The notes beneath the pieces were generated by a model. The model was not told the DNA's origin and ran no database searches. It saw nothing but the letters and a program-made list of their open reading frames with translations. Position numbers and translations under genes: made by a program. From Macrostomum lignano (Eukaryota), in assembly GCA_002269645.1 (NCBI GenBank), contig NIVC01004724.1, positions 1-37,015 of the forward strand: a DNA stretch of 37,015 nucleotides, written 5' to 3'. Below are positions 32,159 to 37,015 of the stretch, piece after piece. Positions within the stretch are counted from its first letter, which is position 1; each line of letters opens with the position of its first letter.

Positions 32159-34614
32159 TATATACTAAAGTTGACGCGTTGTTTGTCTGTCTGTATGTCT
32201 GTCTGTATGTCTGTCTGTATGTCTGTCTGTCATTTCGACAACTCCTCCTTGAATAGTGCCAACTCAGCGTTGAAACTTATATGGGAAGATTGGAAATTAT
32301 CCGAGGTCGGCTATAGGCTATTTTAATTCTGAAATTTTAATTTCTAAGATCCTCAAAAAGCAGAAAACGGCGGTCTTGACCTTTGATAATCTTAATTGTC
32401 CCCTCTTTCTGCTTGGAGCTGAAAATTTGCATGAATTTCAAGTGATTGCGCCACAACTTTTCCCTATCTCTGCAGTGTATTTTCTCTCCAGTGGGGGGAT
32501 GGGGCGTTCTAAATGGCTGCCTGTGTACAATCGGACCCTGGCTCACTGGCTGACTGTATAGACAATTGCGCAAAGATTTGTGTTCTAATTTTCAATAGGC
32601 AGCCCTGTGATTTTGTTGAACCTTGAAATTCAATGCATAAACTTGCGGGCCTCTTTAGCAGGCAGTGAACGTACAATCGATACTTCAATGCTATAAATCA
32701 GACAGTTTCAAACGCTAACTGTTCCTCGAGTTTTAAACTTTGAAAGAAGAGACTTATATTGCTGGAAAGATCTTGGAACGCTGAGTTCGGGATATAAATT
32801 GTTTGCTTTAAATATGAAAAGAAAAAGCACAGCATTTGAAAAACTATTTCCATACTTTTAACTTTTTGCAAATATTGTACTCAGTTTTGCGAGACGAAAT
32901 AGATAAAGTTGGGGGAGGGTTCAACTTCTCACTACTGCTGTGGATTGGAGGGTTGATTTATATTGCGCAATGTTTTTGTTAACTTTAACTGAGACTGATA
33001 ATGACTGACTGTGAAATCGGTTGCGACATCAATTTGTTTCATTATCTGTGCCTTTTAATAGGCTGCCCCGTGTAATAGCCGGCCTGTGTAATGAATGAAT
33101 AAACTTGCGAGCCTCTTTGGCAGGCAGTGAACGTACACTCGATATTTCAATGCTTTAAAACGGGAACTTTCAAACGCTAACTGCTCTTCGAGTTCTAAAC
33201 TTTAAGAGAAGAGACTTATACTGCTGAAAAGATCTTGCAACGCTGAGTTCGAGGATATAAATTGTTTGCTTTAAATATAAAGACTAAAAGCACAGCATAC
33301 AAAAACTATTTCCATACTTTTAGCTTTCTGCAAAGATTGTACTCATTTTTAGTTCAATGCCCCCAACACCCGGGTTCAATTTCTAACTGCCACTGCGTAT
33401 TGAAAAGGGGCCGGGCTCTGTGTACTGGAGGGTTGATTTAAATTGCGCAATCTTTTTGTTCACTTTACCTGAGACTGATACTGACTGACTTTGAAATCGG
33501 TTGCGCAATCAATTGATTCAATTGGCTCAATTTTTTATTTAAACACGCAGCTGTGTGTAGCTCTAACCCTAACCCTAACCCTAACAATAACCCTAACCAA
33601 TGAATCCTAATATTTTATTCTTTTTGACGGAGAAAATTTCGATTGAGTCCAGTTTTAAAGAGATAATTTCAATGGTTTTCAGTTTCACGGAGAGGATTTC
33701 TGTTTTGCGGAGAGGATTTCAATGGTTTTCAGTTTCACGGAGAGGATTTCTGCTTCGCGGAGAGGATCTTGATAGATTTGGCATCTTCAATCAGTCATAA
33801 AAGAGAGTAAAGAGAAAGATCAAAAAGAGAAGAGACATGAGATGGTATAAAACAGAGTAGAAATGAGTGGATAGATTAGACATGACCGATGGAAGAGAAG
33901 AGGGGAGTAAGGCGGAAACGAAGAGGGAGAGAGAAGAGAGAGGAGAGAGGAGATGAGAGGGGAGATATGAGATAGCAGAGGGAGACAAGAGAGATAATAG
34001 AAAAGAGAATAGATGACGATAAGAGCGTACAGAGGAAATAGAAGAGAGGGGAGAGTAGAGGAGAAAGAAAGAGTGAGATGAGGGAAGAGATATGAGAGAG
34101 GAGATATGAGAGACGTGAGAGTCTTTGAGCTATGGTCTTTGAAAAGGTTTTGTAAAGAATTTGGAGAGATGATAGGAGAGAGAATAGAGATGAGGGATAA
34201 GAGCGTACAGGGGAAATAGATGAGAGGGGAGAGTAGAGAAGAAAGAAAGAGTGAGATGAAGGATGAGAGATGAGGAGAGAGGGGAGAGAGAAGAGAGGAG
34301 AAAAGAGGGGAGAAATGAGACAGGAGAGAGTAGAGACGAAAGACCAGGGAGAAGATATAAATAAGGGAGTAGGGGTAGAGATGAGATGAGAGAGAGAGAG
34401 AAGAGAGTCACGATAATAGCGAAGAGAGGAGAGAGGAGATATGAGAGACGTAAGAGTCTTTGAGCTATGGTCTTTCAAAGGTTTTGTAAAGAATTTGGAG
34501 ACGATTTGGAAGATGGGATTCAAGTCATGGAGTTTCAGCTGATGGATTTCAGGGAATGGAATTCCGGTGATGGGAGTTCTTCCCCTTTCTCTCCTCCGAA
34601 GGAGGAGTTCCACT
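32159..34614 (+). mobile_element. Array unit 11 (~2456 bp)
   Basis: Two B modules; TAACCC 33564-33598; same internal duplication as unit 5 at 34110-34167. Confidence 0.6.
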
Positions 34615-36936
34615 TCTATATATACTAAAGTTGACGTGTTGTTTGTCTGTCTGTCTGTGTGTGTGTGTGTCATTTCGACAACTCCTCCTTGAATAGTGGC
34701 AACTCAGCGTTGAAACTTATATGGGAAGATTGGAAATTATCCGAGGTCGGCTATAGGCTATTTTAATTCTGAAATTTTAATTTCTAAGATCCTCAAAAAA
34801 GCAGAAACGGCGGTCTTGACCTTTGATAATCTTAATTGTACCCTCTTTCTGCTTTGGAGCTGAAAATTTGCATGAATTTCAAGTGATTGCGCCACAACTT
34901 TTCCCTATCTCTGCAGTGTATTTTCTCTCCAGTGGGGGATGGGGCGTTCTAAATGGCTGCCTGTGTACAATCGGACCCTGGCTCACTGGCTGACTTATAG
35001 ACAATTGCGCAAAGATTTGTGTTCTAATTTTCAATAGGCAGCCCTGTGATTTTGTTGAACCTTGAAATTCAATGCATAAAACTTGCGGGCCTCTTTAGCA
35101 GGCAGTGAACGTACAATCGATATTTCAATGCTTTAAATCAGAAAGTTTCAAACGCAAACTGTTGCTCGAGTTTTTAACTTTGAGAGAAAAATTTATATTG
35201 CTGGAAAGAACTTGCAAAGCTGATTTCAGGGATATAAATTGTTTTTTCTTCAAATATGAAACTAAAAGCTCTGCATTGCAAAAACTATTTCCATACTTTA
35301 AACTTTTCTGCAAAGATTGTACTCATTTTGGCGAGAGGTGAGAGATAAAGTTGGGGTTTCGACTTCTAACTGGCGCTGTGTATAGGAAGGGGTCAGTTGC
35401 TTTGTATTGGAGGGTTGATTAGATTGCGCAACTTTGTGTTAACTTTAACTGAGACTTATACTGACTAACACAGAAATATATTGCGCAATCAATTGATTCA
35501 ATTGGTTAGCTTTTATTATCGGCCCTGTGTATTAGCTTGGCAGTGAAATTCAATGTACAAAATTGCCGAGCCTCACAGGCAAGCAGTCAGGAAATCGGTA
35601 AATTCAAACGCTAACTGATCCTTGAGTTTTAAACTTTGAGAGGAGAGACTTATATTGCTGGAAAGATCTTGCAACGCTGAGTTTAGGATATAAGTTGTTT
35701 GCTTTAAATATGAAAAGAAAAAGCACCGCATTTAAAAAACTATTTCCATACTTTTAACTTTCTGCAAAAATTGTACTCAGTTTTGCGAGACGTAATAGAT
35801 AAAGTTGGGGGAGGGTTCAAACTTCTCACTGCTGCTGTGTATTGGAGGGTTGATTTAGATTGCGCAATGTTTTGTTAACTTTAACTGAGACTGATACTGA
35901 CTGACTGTGAAATCGGTTGCGCAATGATTTGATTCAATTAATTCAATATTTTATCAGTGCCTTTTAACACGAAGCTGTGCGTAGTTCTAACCCTAACCCT
36001 AACCCTAACCCTAACCCTAATGAATCTGGCGAGTTGAGTTGTTTGACGGAAAAAATTCGATTAAGTCAAGTTTAGCGGAGACGATTTCAATGTTTAAATT
36101 CTGACGGAGAAGATTTCTGTTTCGTGAGAGGATTTCGATGATGTTCAGTTTCACGAAAGGATTTCCATGTGTGTTCAGTTTCACGGAGAGGATTTCGATC
36201 ATGTTCAGCTTCACGGAGAGGCTTTCTGTTTCGCGGAGATAATTTATGATTGATTTCTGTTTTATGGAAACAATTTTGATGGATTTAAGTTTCAAGGAGA
36301 GGATTTCGAAGGAGTCCAGTTTCACTGGAGAGGATTTTCGATGGTTTTTAGTTGCACAGACAGGATTTTTGCTTCGCAGAGAGGATCTTGATGGATTTGG
36401 CATCTTCAATCAGTCAGAGAAGAGAGTAAAGAGAAGACTGAGAAGAGAAGAGAGAAGAGATGATAGAAAACAGAGTATAATGAGTGGAGAGATTAGACAT
36501 GACAGATTGGAGATGATAGGAGAGAGAATAAATGAGGGATAAGAGCGTACAGAGGCAATAGAAGAGAGGGGAGAGTAGAGGAGAAAGAAAGAGTGAGATG
36601 AGGAGATGAGGGATGAGAGAGCAGGGGAGAGAGGAGGGAGAGAGAGATGGAAGATAGAGATGAGAGAGATAAAGTGCAGAGAGAAGTAATTAGTGAGGAG
36701 AAGAAGAAGAGAGTAAAAATAAAAATCAGAGCGCAGGCCGCAAGAGTTGAGAGATGGGAGTTGATAGATTGTAGAGGGATTTGGAGATGATTTAAGATGG
36801 GATTCAATTCATTGAATTTCAGCTGATAGGAGTTCTTCCCCTTCAGAATTCCGTGAGTGTGATGGGAGTTCTTCCCCTTCAGAATTCCGGTGATGGAGTT
36901 CTTCCCATTTCTCCTCCAGAGGAGGAGTTCCACTCG
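34615..36936 (+). mobile_element. Array unit 12 (~2322 bp) with a divergent 3' part
   Basis: Resembles unit 10 up to ~36620; TAACCC 35988-36020; divergent 3' module with triplicated GGAGTTCTTCCC. Confidence 0.55.
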
Positions 36937-37015
36937 TATATACTAAAGTTGACGCGTTGTTTGTCTGTCTGTCTGTGTGTCTGTCTGTTCATTTCGACAA
37001 CTCCTCCTTGAATAG
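36937..37015 (+). repeat. Start of the next unit (array continues past the window)
   Basis: TATATACTAAAGTTGACGCG...GACAACTCCTCCTTGAATAG. Confidence 0.9.

Larger units (their letters stand above)
1..37015 (+). repeat. Complex tandem array (satellite) of ~1.6-2.8 kb modular units, probably Helitron-derived
   Basis: The same module order recurs throughout. The junction motif GGAGGAGTTCCACT(CG)|(TC)TATATACTAAAGTTGAC occurs 13 times; last base before each junction is about 8697, 10921, 13124, 15319, 17901, 20271, 22371, 25135, 26781, 29472, 32158, 34614, 36936. Confidence 0.97.

Noticed and set aside
34615-36700. Excess single-base indels in homopolymers relative to sister units
   Set aside because: The pattern is typical of long-read consensus error, so I do not treat it as biology without read-level evidence.
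7521-36933. Many long minus-strand Ser/Leu-rich ORFs (up to 396 aa, e.g. 23856..25046, 28387..29385)
   Set aside because: They are translations of the CT-rich complement of the GA tracts, which is poor in stop codons. They are low-complexity, have no domain, and frames are not conserved between copies.
1-37015. Autonomous Helitron or other transposase/RT gene
   Set aside because: No ORF shows HUH/Rep, PIF1-helicase, DDE or RT motifs.

Overview
This is eukaryotic, non-coding repetitive DNA; I can support no protein-coding or RNA gene. Nearly the whole window is a complex tandem array of ~1.6-2.8 kb units: 12 complete units between 8698 and 36936, plus broken units in the first 8.7 kb. Each unit runs: TC/TATATACTAAAG start, (TCTG/TG)n, module A, one or two ~460-490 bp B modules, (TAACCC)n, a ~30-bp minisatellite, a long GA-rich purine tract, then a CTCCTCC-GAA-GGAGGAG hairpin followed by TTCCACTCG. 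These ends resemble the termini of a non-autonomous Helitron joined head-to-tail, so the array is best read as a Helitron-derived satellite (inference). A second, different 3212-bp element with canonical Helitron ends (TC...hairpin-CTAG) sits at 2202-5413 inside one B module. It has no target-site duplication, and four empty sister sites in the same window confirm its boundaries. It carries a 22-23 bp minisatellite, three stacked 3'-end-like blocks and a TTAGGG tract. Other signals: a conserved 10-11 bp inverted repeat that could compete with the host 3' hairpin across each junction, a 163-bp inversion, a hairpin-bounded GC-rich insert, and mosaic higher-order structure. All ORFs in the track look like by-products of low-complexity or repeated sequence. 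Family assignments rest on terminal structure only; no database search was run.
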